Source: an uncultured Lachnospiraceae bacterium (GTDB taxonomy: Bacteria > Bacillota > Clostridia > Lachnospirales > Lachnospiraceae). Taken from it: a DNA stretch of 64,000 bases. The stretch spans positions 4,490 through 68,489 of the forward strand of contig CANSPM010000011.1 in NCBI GenBank assembly GCA_947648875.1, read 5' to 3'. The number at the start of each line of letters is the position of its first letter. The stretch's first letter is position 1. Shown one piece after another: positions 49,978 to 59,045 of this stretch. The notes beneath the pieces are model-generated. The model had not been told where the DNA came from. It did no database searches and saw only the letters and a program-made list of their open reading frames with translations. The position numbers and the translations under genes are program-made.

Positions 49978-50012
49978 GTTCCGGGGAGGATATCCCCGGA
50001 ATTTTGCTTTTT
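49978..50012 (+). terminator. Intrinsic terminator after the Nudix gene
   Basis: TTCCGGGG (49978-49985) pairs with CCCCGGAA (49993-50000), followed by TTTTGCTTTTTT. Confidence 0.85.
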
Positions 50013-50122
50013 TGCAGGCATTTATAAAATTCATTTCCATTTGCCAATATTTGTGTTATACTAAGATGCGTAAATGACTTTTTATAACCTTGCGTAATGC
50101 AGGTAAATCAGGGGAGGAACCC

Positions 50123-50485
50123 ATGCCGCAGCTGGTATATTATCCCAATCTTTATGTAAGTGAGGGCATAAACAGGGAAAAGTTGGAAAAACTAAAAAAA
50201 GGCCTGTCAGCAAGACCGGATAAGGCGAGGCTGTATCTGCTGACTCTGCCGGGAAATTCTTCGGATCAGCTGGATATCTACGCGTCGAAATATCTGCGCC
50301 AGAAGTATTATGACAGGCGTCCGCTCTATGTCATAGGAATTGCGGAGGACTATGATAAGGCTGTGGACATAGTGATGCGGATTGTATGGGAGACCTGGAC
50401 AGCCAGGGGAGATGCCAGACTGAAAGAATACCTGCTGGCAGGCATGGAGAGCGCGGATGTGGAGTGTGGTATTAAGAATACTTAG
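50123..50485 (+). CDS. Hypothetical protein (no family recognised), first gene of the ytfI/ytfJ-like cluster
   Basis: ATG at 50123 follows GGGGAGGAAC. 120 aa. It overlaps the next gene by 29 nt, which suggests translational coupling. Confidence 0.45.
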   Translation: MPQLVYYPNLYVSEGINREKLEKLKKGLSARPDKARLYLLTLPGNSSDQLDIYASKYLRQKYYDRRPLYVIGIAEDYDKAVDIVMRIVWETWTARGDARLKEYLLAGMESADVECGIKNT

Positions 50486-51395
50486 TATATTGGGAATTGT
50501 CCTGCTGCTTCTGTTGGCGCTCGCGCTTGTAATATTGCTCCTGATCCTGTTCTGGCCGGTGTCCTATCGAGGGGGCGGCAGTGCGCGGGCAGGGAGATAC
50601 CAGGTATGGTTTCGGTTTCGATGGCTTTGCGGTCTGCTGCGGGGGGCCTATATGTATCCGGAAGGCGGTTTTCGATTTAAACTGCTGTGGCTGACGGTCT
50701 ATGACAGCGGCAGGAAGCCTGGAAATGGGACTTCCCGGGGCAGGAAAGCAAAACAGGATGCGATGCCGGAAGAAAAGACGCGGCACAGAGAGAATGCCGT
50801 CAGAGAAAATGAGCGGACACAGTGTCAGCCGTCCCCTGTGATCGGGCCGGCCGAGGATAAGACTGGACAATCCCCTTCGGGCAGCGGTGATAGGGCGTCT
50901 GATGAAATCGGGAAACCGTCTCCTCCGGATATAGCGGGAGACAGTGGAAAAAAGGAAGAAAAATCATCCGAGCGTGAGGAGAACGGGCAGAATCCGCCGC
51001 TGTCGGAAAAACTGTCCAAAATGAAAGAGAGCCTGCGGTTTTATCTGGATATTGTGCAGGATACGGCCAATCAGGAGCTGGTAAAACATGCTCTTACACG
51101 ACTTTACAAGATCATAAAAAGTCTGCGCCCCCGCTTTTTGCACGCGGAGGTTCTGGCAGGGCTGGGGGAGCCGGATCTCACCGGATACGCATACGGAGGG
51201 TATTGGGCTATAAAACCTTTTTTAGGAAAGAAATGCCATGTGACAGTCACTCCCGATTTTGAGAGAAAGATATTGGAGGGAGAGTTTGCCCTGGGGGGAC
51301 GGATCATGGTGGCCACATTGGCGCATCATGCTGTCAGAGTATTGCTGGACAGACGGCTGCGCCGGTTACTGGATAGATTAAAGAGCCGAAATTGA
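50457..51395 (+). CDS. DUF2953 (YtfI-like) sporulation-associated membrane protein with a long charged low-complexity insert
   Basis: N-terminal TM segment 'ILSILGIVLLLLLALALVILLLILFWP', then repeated 'F/W-R-F' beta-like segments. Its position immediately upstream of ytfJ matches B. subtilis ytfI-ytfJ. Confidence 0.6.
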   Translation: MWSVVLRILSILGIVLLLLLALALVILLLILFWPVSYRGGGSARAGRYQVWFRFRWLCGLLRGAYMYPEGGFRFKLLWLTVYDSGRKPGNGTSRGRKAKQDAMPEEKTRHRENAVRENERTQCQPSPVIGPAEDKTGQSPSGSGDRASDEIGKPSPPDIAGDSGKKEEKSSEREENGQNPPLSEKLSKMKESLRFYLDIVQDTANQELVKHALTRLYKIIKSLRPRFLHAEVLAGLGEPDLTGYAYGGYWAIKPFLGKKCHVTVTPDFERKILEGEFALGGRIMVATLAHHAVRVLLDRRLRRLLDRLKSRN

Positions 51396-51449
51396 GGAAG
51401 CGGAAATATATGTGGAAATGAAACAGGTAGGGCAGGAGGACGATGAGCA

Positions 51450-51887
51450 ATGGCAGATAAGGAGTTAAAGGGGAAAGAAATGGCGGAAAAGAAAGGATTT
51501 CCCGGAGTGGTGGAATCCCTGCTACAGGGAATGGACAGTGTTTTGTCGGCTAAGACTGTGGTGGGACAGCCTGTACAGGTGGGGGATGTAACGATTCTGC
51601 CCCTGGTGGATGTCAGCTTTGGTTTTGCCGCCGGAGCAGGCAGCAATTCCGACAAAAACTCTGCCAGAAACGGCGGAGGGCTGGGCGGGAAGATGTCGCC
51701 CAGCGCAGTGCTGATTATCAAGGATGGCGTCACCCGGCTGGTGAATGTAAAGGATCAGAATACGGTGACCAAGCTGATCGACATGCTTCCGGATCTGGTG
51801 GATAAGTTCACCGGCAAAAAGGAAGTGGGCATGGAAGACGATGAAGCTGTCAATATCGCTTTCCCTGACCAAAAAGAAAAGGATTGA
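51450..51887 (+). CDS. ytfJ: Sporulation protein YtfJ (GerW family)
   Basis: 'TVVGQPVQVGDVTILPLVDVSFGFAAGAGS' and 'GGGLGGKMSPSAVLIIKDG' match YtfJ/GerW. An alternative start lies at 51480. Confidence 0.8.
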   Translation: MADKELKGKEMAEKKGFPGVVESLLQGMDSVLSAKTVVGQPVQVGDVTILPLVDVSFGFAAGAGSNSDKNSARNGGGLGGKMSPSAVLIIKDGVTRLVNVKDQNTVTKLIDMLPDLVDKFTGKKEVGMEDDEAVNIAFPDQKEKD

Positions 51888-51944
51888 AAGAATTTCTGTT
51901 CCGAAACGGTCTGCTTTAGCATATAGTAGCATAAGGACGGTTTT

Positions 51945-52109
51945 ATGAAAGGAACGGATATGAAACTTTTTAAATTGATTGGACTGGCTGCTTTTTTCAT
52001 CGCATTGGGAATGCTGATTATGCTGTTTTTGACCAGCAGGCTGATGGGGTTGTTTTTGATTGCCCTGTTGCTTCTGTTGGGGTACTGTTGCCTGTGCGCT
52101 GATCTGTGA
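51945..52109 (+). CDS. Candidate small two-TM membrane peptide (54 aa; not in the ORF track because it is under 60 aa)
   Basis: MKGTDMKLFKLIGLAAFFIALGMLIMLFLTSRLMGLFLIALLLLLGYCCLCADL. AAGGA lies 7 nt upstream. An alternative ATG at 51960 is also SD-preceded. Confidence 0.35.
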   Translation: MKGTDMKLFKLIGLAAFFIALGMLIMLFLTSRLMGLFLIALLLLLGYCCLCADL

Positions 52110-52181
52110 GGGCCCGGCGATGGGGCGGTCAGGGCGTTGAAGCAAAGAGAAACAAGGCAAAAGTATAAGGACTGTAAAGGT

Positions 52182-52721
52182 ATGGAAAAAGGGATAAACT
52201 GGGAGGCAGTAGATAAGGCGAAAAGCGAGGACGAGCTGCGGGGCATGAAACTGTGGCTCTTTCAGGAAAATATCCGCCTCCAGAACGAGCGCAATGAATT
52301 GGAGGATCTACAGGACAAGCTTTTGGAAGAACGGACTCGTTTTCGCGACGAGATGGATGCCGCCAGTCGGCACATTGCCATGGAGCAGAAGCGTCTGCGG
52401 GAGGAGAATCTTTTTTTTGACAAAAAGCTGGCGATTTTGCAGGATGGTTTTCGTAAGCTGGACGAGGACAGACAGCGATTTGAACAGGAGAAGCGCAGGC
52501 TGGAGCAGAGCGGCAGATATCAGAGGCAGAGAGAAGATGTGGAAATGCTGGGGCAGGGGGACAGTATTGCCCATGTGCTGTTCCGCAGCGCGGGAAATCC
52601 CTTAACCCTTCGTAAGCGCTACAGGGACCTTCTGAAGATTTTCCATCCGGATAATTTTTGCGGGGATGCGGAGTTGATGCAGTATATCAATCGGGAATTT
52701 CAGCGCCGCAGGGAAGAATAG
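52182..52721 (+). CDS. Coiled-coil protein with a C-terminal J-domain-like segment (HPD motif)
   Basis: 'LRKRYRDLLKIFHPDNFCGDAELMQYINREF' fits J-domain helix II, HPD and helix III. The N-terminal ~120 aa are a heptad-rich, charged coiled coil. The start is uncertain (TTG 52137 or ATG 52182). Confidence 0.5.
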   Translation: MEKGINWEAVDKAKSEDELRGMKLWLFQENIRLQNERNELEDLQDKLLEERTRFRDEMDAASRHIAMEQKRLREENLFFDKKLAILQDGFRKLDEDRQRFEQEKRRLEQSGRYQRQREDVEMLGQGDSIAHVLFRSAGNPLTLRKRYRDLLKIFHPDNFCGDAELMQYINREFQRRREE

Positions 52722-52730
52722 AGACAGTAA

Positions 52731-52762
52731 AAAAACCGGTCCTACGAGAACCGGTTTTCTTG
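52731..52762. terminator. Bidirectional intrinsic terminator between the J-domain gene (+) and rpmB (-)
   Basis: AAAACCGGT (52733-52741) pairs with ACCGGTTTT (52751-52759) around a 9-nt loop, with A/T tracts on both sides. Confidence 0.75.
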
Positions 52763-52784
52763 GCTTTTCGGGAAAATCTGAAGA

Positions 52785-52970
52785 TTAAGCCCTCTCAACT
52801 TTGCCAGACTTTAAGCATCTGGTGCAAACATGTAACTTCCGGGCAGCGCCGTTAACCATGCACTTAACATTCTTGACGTTGGAATTCCACATTGCATTGC
52901 TTCTTCTATGAGAATGGCTTACGTTGTTACCGAAATGAACGCCCTTACCACAAATATCACACTTAGCCAT
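52785..52970 (-). CDS. rpmB: 50S ribosomal protein L28
   Basis: 61 aa. 'MAKCDICGKG..FGNNVSHS.RRSN..W..NV' is the L28 signature. Confidence 0.95.
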   Translation of the reverse strand: MAKCDICGKGVHFGNNVSHSHRRSNAMWNSNVKNVKCMVNGAARKLHVCTRCLKSGKVERA

Positions 52971-53178
52971 CTTGACACCTCCTCTATCTTCATCTGTTTT
53001 CTCTATTTCATTGCATAAAAATTAACAACATTGATATATTAACAGAAAAAGCATGGAAAAGCAAGCGAAAAAATGAAATTTTTGATTTTTTTGTTTTGGG
53101 GTGTTCCATTTTTATCCAAAAGCATGTATAATGATGCTTGATTAGAACGAAGAACAGCGTCTCACTGTTTTTCCACCG

Positions 53179-53235
53179 GGGAAGACGCGGGAGGGAGAGC
53201 AGATTTTGTTCCGCAGGGAAGACGCGGGAGGGAGA
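53179..53235 (+). repeat. Exact 20-nt direct repeat (2 copies, 37-nt period) in the asp23/fakA 5' leader
   Basis: GGGAAGACGCGGGAGGGAGA occurs at 53179-53198 and 53216-53235. Copy 2 forms the loop of a 9-bp hairpin, GTTCCGCAG (53208-53216) / CTGCGGAAC (53236-53244). A -10 TATAAT at 53127-53132 lies upstream. Confidence 0.8.
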
Positions 53236-53267
53236 CTGCGGAACTCATAATAAGGAGGTAGTACTAA

Positions 53268-53627
53268 ATGAAGGGTTCTTCTATGAATACACATATGGGC
53301 AATATTGTGATCAACAATGAGGTTATTGCTCAATATGCCGGAAGTGTGGCCGTTGAATGTTTTGGCATCGTCGGGATGGCGGGAGTCAGCATGAAGGATG
53401 GCATGTCAAAACTCCTGAAAAAAGACAGTCTGACCCGAGGCATCAATGTCAGTCTGAATAACAATAAACTGACGCTGGATTTTCATGTGATTGTGGCTTA
53501 CGGCGTAAGCATTATTGCTGTGTCGGACAATCTGATCAGCAGTGTGAAATATAAGGTGGAAGAGTTTACCGGTATCCATATCGAAAAGATCAACATCTTT
53601 GTGGAAGGTGTTAGGGTGATTGATTAA
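53268..53627 (+). CDS. Asp23/Gls24-family envelope stress protein (YloU-like)
   Basis: ATG follows AAGGAGG. 'INNEVIAQYAGSVAVECFGIVGM' is the Asp23 family N-terminal pattern. Confidence 0.85.
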   Translation: MKGSSMNTHMGNIVINNEVIAQYAGSVAVECFGIVGMAGVSMKDGMSKLLKKDSLTRGINVSLNNNKLTLDFHVIVAYGVSIIAVSDNLISSVKYKVEEFTGIHIEKINIFVEGVRVID

Positions 53628-53691
53628 TCAGCCGCCTCCAGGGCCGGTATCGGCAGGAGGGCTGAAGAACTATATTTTAGGAGGATTTATC

Positions 53692-55398
53692 GTGACTTCA
53701 AATACTATCGATGCTAAGATGTTGTCTAAGATGTTCTTGGCGGGCGCAAAGAATCTGGAGAGCAAAAAAGAGTGGATCAATGAACTGAATGTGTTTCCCG
53801 TGCCGGACGGCGACACGGGTACCAATATGACCATGACCATTATGTCTGCGGCAAGGGAAGTGTCCGCGCTGGGTGAAAACGCGGATATGAAAGCCCTGTG
53901 TAAGGCGGTCTCCAGCGGTTCCCTGCGGGGAGCCAGGGGAAATTCGGGAGTGATTTTGTCCCAGCTTCTCCGCGGTTTTACAAAAAGTATCAGCGGCAAG
54001 GAACAACTGACCATCCCGGAACTCTCCGAAGCCTTTGACAAGGCGGTGGAGACCGCTTATAAGGCTGTGATGAAGCCCAAGGAGGGTACCATCCTCACCG
54101 TGGCCAAGGGCGGCGCCGAGAAAGCGCGGGAGTTGGTCAAGGGCGGCGCGCAGGACATGGGAGACTTTCTGGCGCAGGTCATCGAGCACGCACGTTATGT
54201 GCTGAGTCAGACGCCAGAACTTTTGCCGGTGCTGAAGCAGGCTGGCGTGGTGGACTCCGGCGGTCAGGGTCTGGTGGAAGTGATGAGCGGCGCATATGAC
54301 GCTTTCATGGGCAAAGAGATTGACTATACCATATCGGCGGCGGCTCAGGACAGCCGTTCCGGGAGCAGATCTTCCGGCTATCAGGCCCAGGCGGAAGCGG
54401 AGATCAAGTTTGGCTACTGCACCGAGTTTATCATTTTGCTCAGTAAGACTTTTAATATTAAGCACGAGATGGATTTTAAGGCATATCTGGAATCCATTGG
54501 CGATTCCATCGTATGCGTGGCGGATGAGGACGTGGTCAAGGTACATGTACATACCAATGACCCTGGACTGGCGATTCAGAAGGCATTGAAGTATGGACAG
54601 TTATCTAATTTAAAGATTGATAATATGCGCCTGGAACACCAGGAGAAGCTGTTTAAGATGAGCGGGAAGGAGACGGGGGGATCAGCCCAGGCCCCGGACA
54701 GTGCCGAACTTCCGGCGCAGGCGTCGGCCCAGCCGCCCAAACCCGTGGGCTTTTTGGCAGTTTCCGTGGGAGATGGCGTGAACGAGATTTTTAAGAGCCT
54801 GGGCGTGGACCACATTATCGAGGGCGGTCAGACCATGAATCCCAGCACTGCGGATATTCTGGACGCTGTGGATCAGGTGAATGCCGAGACGATTTTCATC
54901 CTGCCAAATAACAAAAATATTATTCTTGCGGCTAACCAGGCAGCGGAACTGATGACGGATAAGAACCTGCTGGTGATTCCCACCAAAACCATTCCCCAGG
55001 GGATCACTGCGGTGATCAACTATGTGCCGGAGATGTCCGTGGAGGACAATGAGGTCACCATGATGCAGGAGATTGGCAACGTCAAAACGGGCCAGGTAAC
55101 TTACGCCGTCCGGGACACCATGATCGACGACAAGGAGATCAAACAGGGAGACTTTATGGGAATCGGGGATGGAGGCATTTTGTCCGTGGGTCAGGATATG
55201 TTGCCGGTTACCAAGGATATGGTGAAAGCCATGGTAGAAGCGTCCAGCGAATTGATCAGTGTCTATTATGGCAGTGATGTGCCGGAAGAGACAGCCGCGC
55301 AGCTTGGCCGGGAACTGGAGGAAGCCTATCCGAACTGTGACATTGAATTGCAGTACGGCGGGCAACCCATCTACTATTATATCATTTCGGTGGAATAG
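53692..55398 (+). CDS. fakA: DAK2-domain fatty acid kinase subunit (FakA / YloV-like)
   Basis: GTG at 53692 follows AGGAGG. Dak2 motif 'NVFPVPDGDTGTNM'. The length and C-terminal DegV-like module are as in YloV/FakA. Confidence 0.85.
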   Translation: MTSNTIDAKMLSKMFLAGAKNLESKKEWINELNVFPVPDGDTGTNMTMTIMSAAREVSALGENADMKALCKAVSSGSLRGARGNSGVILSQLLRGFTKSISGKEQLTIPELSEAFDKAVETAYKAVMKPKEGTILTVAKGGAEKARELVKGGAQDMGDFLAQVIEHARYVLSQTPELLPVLKQAGVVDSGGQGLVEVMSGAYDAFMGKEIDYTISAAAQDSRSGSRSSGYQAQAEAEIKFGYCTEFIILLSKTFNIKHEMDFKAYLESIGDSIVCVADEDVVKVHVHTNDPGLAIQKALKYGQLSNLKIDNMRLEHQEKLFKMSGKETGGSAQAPDSAELPAQASAQPPKPVGFLAVSVGDGVNEIFKSLGVDHIIEGGQTMNPSTADILDAVDQVNAETIFILPNNKNIILAANQAAELMTDKNLLVIPTKTIPQGITAVINYVPEMSVEDNEVTMMQEIGNVKTGQVTYAVRDTMIDDKEIKQGDFMGIGDGGILSVGQDMLPVTKDMVKAMVEASSELISVYYGSDVPEETAAQLGRELEEAYPNCDIELQYGGQPIYYYIISVE

Positions 55399-55410
55399 AG
55401 ATTTTCATAA

Positions 55411-55460
55411 GGGGTGGGAGTTGCCCGAAGGAGCGGCTACCTGCCCTTTTATCATATTTT
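55411..55460 (+). terminator. Intrinsic terminator candidate after fakA
   Basis: An imperfect hairpin GGGTGGG...CCTGCCC (with G-U pairs) is followed by TTTTATCATATTTTATT. Confidence 0.45.
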
Positions 55461-55539
55461 ATTCTGATATCCGCAGCTGTAATTATACCATTTTATCTAA
55501 ATTCTCTTGTGGTCAGGCGAAAAAGGAAGATTAAGGGGT

Positions 55540-57666
55540 ATGGATATGGAGGACGGCACTTCCATTTTGGAACTAAAGGGAATCGGTGAGAAATCCCAGA
55601 AACTGTTTGCCAAAGTGAATATTCGCACCGTGGGGGATTTACTGTACCATTACCCCAGGGATTATGAGACGTTTCACGAGCCGGTGCCCATTGTCCAGGC
55701 TAAGTCGGGGGAAATCTGCGCTGTCCGGGCTACAGTCTGCGGTACTGTGAACGTGAAAAAAGTACGGAGCCTGACTGTATTGAATGTGCTGGTGCGGGAC
55801 AATTCCGGTGGTATGCAACTCACATTTTTTAACATGCTTTTCCTTAAGAATGTTTTAAAGCCCGGCAGCAGCCATATCTTCCGGGGACGGGTACAGGCCC
55901 GGGGAACGGCTTTGGTGATGGAGCAGCCCCGGCTGTATAAGTCGGAGGAATACGCCAGATATCTGGCCTTTATTCAGCCCCGGTACGCCCTGACCAAGGG
56001 ACTCACCAATCAGGCGGTGCAAAAAGCCGTGAAACAGGCGCTGACCTGCTATGCTTTCGGACCGGACCCTTACCCGGAGTTTCTGCGCAGGCAGTATGAC
56101 CTGATGGAACGTCGGGAAGCCATAAACAATATGCATTTTCCGGTGCATTATGAAGAGCTGGTGAAAGCTCGCAGGCGGGTGGTGTTCGAAGAATTTTTTT
56201 CCTTTTTATATTTGCTGCGGGAGAACAAGGAGCAGTGCAGACTGCTGGAAAATGAATACCGCATGTTGGAAACCGCTGACACAGGCAGACTGTTGGAACA
56301 GTTGCCCTATCGGCTGACAGGAGCGCAGACAAAAGCCTGGCAGGAGATCAGCCGGGATTTGTCCTCTCCCTGGTGTATGAACCGTCTGGTCCAGGGGGAC
56401 GTGGGCTCCGGCAAAACCATTATAGCGGTGCTGGCCCTGTTGATGTGCGCCGCCAACGGCTGTCAGGGAGCTCTGATGGCCCCCACGGAGGTGCTGGCAA
56501 CACAGCATTACGAGGGAATATGCGAGTTTGTGGAACAATACGGTGTATCTTTGAAGCCCATACTTTTGGTGGGCAGTATGACGGCCAGAGAGAAACGGGA
56601 AGCCTATGGCAAGATCGCCGCCGGAGAAGTCAATCTGGTGGTGGGAACCCATGCGGTGATCCAGGAAAAGGTCCGGTTTAAAAATCTGGCCCTGGTGGTT
56701 ACGGATGAGCAGCACCGTTTTGGGGTGCGGCAGCGGGAAGTGCTGGCAGAAAAGGGCAGCAATCCTCATGTTCTGGTGATGAGCGCCACCCCCATCCCCA
56801 GAACATTGGCCATTATACTGTATGGAGACTTACAGGTATCCGTTATTGACGAACTTCCCGCCAATCGACTGCCCATCAAAAACTGTGTGGTGGGCACTTC
56901 TTACCGGCCCAAGGCGTATCAGTTTATTGAAAAGGAGGTCCGGGCCGGACGTCAGGCTTATGTGATCTGCCCCATGGTGGAGGAAGGGGAGATGGAGGAT
57001 CTGGAAAATGTGACCGAGTATGCGCAGAAACTGCGGGCCGTGCTGCCTGCGGATATACAGGTGGCCACGCTCCACGGCAAAATGAAACCCGCCGACAAAA
57101 ATAAGGTCATGGAGGAATACGCGGCGCACAACATAGATGTGCTGGTGTCCACCACGGTGATCGAGGTGGGGATCAATGTGCCCAACGCCACGGTGATGAT
57201 GGTAGAGAACGCGGAACGTTTCGGTCTGGCACAACTTCATCAGCTCCGGGGCCGGGTGGGCCGGGGAGAGCATCAGAGTTATTGTATCTTTATCAGCGCC
57301 CAGGACAACAAGGAGACCCTGGAGCGTCTGGAGATCCTGAACCGTTCCAACGACGGCTTTTTCATCGCCTCGGAGGACTTAAAACTCCGGGGACCAGGGG
57401 ATCTTTTCGGTATACGGCAGAGCGGGGAATTTGCTTTCAGGATGGGGGATATCTATACGGACGCGGATATCCTCAAGCAGGCCAGTCAGGCCGTGGACCA
57501 GATCAGGGGTGTCCTGAAAGGCGATAACGGAACCGGAAATACGCAGGGAAGCGGCGGTTCGGACCATATTGCTCAAGACGATGATGTCATAGTCGAAGAA
57601 TATAGCCGGCTGATCAAATATTTGCATGGGGAAAACAGGCTACAGGTTGACTTTAGAACTATTTGA
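55540..57666 (+). CDS. recG: ATP-dependent DNA helicase RecG
   Basis: Wedge domain followed by Walker A 'GDVGSGKT', 'TDEQHRFG' and 'ATPIPRTL'. The start could be 55540 or 55546. Confidence 0.92.
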   Translation: MDMEDGTSILELKGIGEKSQKLFAKVNIRTVGDLLYHYPRDYETFHEPVPIVQAKSGEICAVRATVCGTVNVKKVRSLTVLNVLVRDNSGGMQLTFFNMLFLKNVLKPGSSHIFRGRVQARGTALVMEQPRLYKSEEYARYLAFIQPRYALTKGLTNQAVQKAVKQALTCYAFGPDPYPEFLRRQYDLMERREAINNMHFPVHYEELVKARRRVVFEEFFSFLYLLRENKEQCRLLENEYRMLETADTGRLLEQLPYRLTGAQTKAWQEISRDLSSPWCMNRLVQGDVGSGKTIIAVLALLMCAANGCQGALMAPTEVLATQHYEGICEFVEQYGVSLKPILLVGSMTAREKREAYGKIAAGEVNLVVGTHAVIQEKVRFKNLALVVTDEQHRFGVRQREVLAEKGSNPHVLVMSATPIPRTLAIILYGDLQVSVIDELPANRLPIKNCVVGTSYRPKAYQFIEKEVRAGRQAYVICPMVEEGEMEDLENVTEYAQKLRAVLPADIQVATLHGKMKPADKNKVMEEYAAHNIDVLVSTTVIEVGINVPNATVMMVENAERFGLAQLHQLRGRVGRGEHQSYCIFISAQDNKETLERLEILNRSNDGFFIASEDLKLRGPGDLFGIRQSGEFAFRMGDIYTDADILKQASQAVDQIRGVLKGDNGTGNTQGSGGSDHIAQDDDVIVEEYSRLIKYLHGENRLQVDFRTI

Positions 57667-57822
57667 GGGTATACTGAATAGGTAATGTTTTGCCTCTGAC
57701 CGAAGCATTGGCGCAGATTCAGACGGGAATGGGTATCCGCCTGAAACGAGATGTCCCTGGAGGGCACTTGGCTGTTACCAGTTTAAATCATCAATTACCC
57801 GAAGAGAGGAACGGATAAATCA

Positions 57823-58692
57823 ATGTCAAAGGTTGCCATAATCACAGACAGCAATAGTGGTATTACGCAGTCCCAGGGGAAGGAGACGGGCATCTTCGTA
57901 TTGCCCATGCCCTTTTTTATCAATGAAGAGACTTTCTATGAGGATATCAGCCTGACGCAGGAGCAGTTTTATGAAAAGCTCCGGGGAGGCGCGGATATTC
58001 ACACCAGCCAGCCATCGCCGGAGTCGGTAATGCAGCTCTGGGACGAGGTGCTGAAGGACTATGATGAGATCGTGCACATTCCCATGAGCAGCGGGCTGTC
58101 CGGTTCCTGCCAGAGCGCTGTCATGCTGGCTCAGGACTATGAGGGCAAGGTCCAGGTAGTGAACAATCAGAGAATTTCCGTGACCCAGAGGCAGTCGGCT
58201 CTGGATGCCAAATTGCTGGCCTCCAGAGGGATGAGCGCGCTGGAGATCAAGAATTTCCTGGAGGAAGACAAGTTTAACAGCAGCATTTACATTATGCTGG
58301 ACACCCTTTATTATCTGAAAAAAGGGGGACGTATCACGCCTGCGGCTGCTGCGCTGGGCACGCTGCTAAAACTTAAGCCTGTACTGCAGATCCAGGGGGA
58401 GAAGCTGGACGCTTTTGCCAAGGCCCGCACTACCAATCAGGGGAAATCCATTATGATCGGCGCGATCAAGAAAGATATTGAGAGTCGTTTTGGCGGATTG
58501 TCCGAGGATAAGCACATCTGGCTCCAGATTGCTCACACGGCCAACGAGGAAGCGGCCAAAGCTTACAGGGATGAGATTTTGGAGCAGTTCCCGGGTTATG
58601 ATATCCATATTGATCCTCTGTCCCTGAGCGTGGCCTGCCATATCGGCCCCGGGGCGCTGGCGTTTGCCTGTTGTAAGAAGATTGAGGCATAG
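57823..58692 (+). CDS. DegV-family fatty-acid-binding protein (FakB-like)
   Basis: 289 aa. 'VAIITDSNSGI', 'TSQPSP' and 'LSSGLSGSCQSA' are DegV motifs. Confidence 0.88.
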   Translation: MSKVAIITDSNSGITQSQGKETGIFVLPMPFFINEETFYEDISLTQEQFYEKLRGGADIHTSQPSPESVMQLWDEVLKDYDEIVHIPMSSGLSGSCQSAVMLAQDYEGKVQVVNNQRISVTQRQSALDAKLLASRGMSALEIKNFLEEDKFNSSIYIMLDTLYYLKKGGRITPAAAALGTLLKLKPVLQIQGEKLDAFAKARTTNQGKSIMIGAIKKDIESRFGGLSEDKHIWLQIAHTANEEAAKAYRDEILEQFPGYDIHIDPLSLSVACHIGPGALAFACCKKIEA

Positions 58693-58804
58693 AACCGCAG
58701 AATATGAACTAAGCCATGGTTTATCACGAACACTGGTCAATCATAGAACGAAAGATATACCGGATAATCGGCAAATGAAAGAACTACAGATAAATCATTG
58801 ATCG

Positions 58805-58831
58805 GCGGGCACTTCCCAGGGAGGTGCCCGC
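58805..58831 (+). terminator. GC-rich hairpin after degV (terminator candidate, poor U-tract)
   Basis: GCGGGCAC (58805-58812) pairs with GTGCCCGC (58824-58831). The inner TCC/GGA bases extend the stem. Confidence 0.4.
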
Positions 58832-58911
58832 TGTTCATGACAATACAATTTTTCTGCGGGACATGGATTCTAATGCTTTTATTGTTTTTCCTTTTCCTGC
58901 CACAAAATGTA

Positions 58912-58920
58912 TGCTATAAT
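58912..58920 (+). promoter_or_regulatory. Extended -10 element upstream of the topoisomerase B-subunit gene
   Basis: TGcTATAAT is present, with only a weak -35 (TTTTCC) at 17-nt spacing. Confidence 0.4.
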
Positions 58921-59045
58921 GTTCGCAGGCAAAAAGGCAGGTTGCATGATAACATGTACAAAATGCCCCAAGGGCATTTCCTATAGGCGTTGCGTACTCT
59001 TGTATGTCGAAAATAAAAACAGATATGAATGAGGTATGATTATTT

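Noticed and set aside
53179-53235. Direct repeats considered as a mini CRISPR array
   Set aside because: There are only two copies with a 17-nt spacer, inside a 5' leader, and no cas genes are present. The repeats are reported instead as a candidate regulatory repeat.
58798-58986. 62-aa TTG-initiated ORF between degV and parE
   Set aside because: It spans the degV terminator hairpin and the parE promoter, has no SD sequence, and is likely non-coding.
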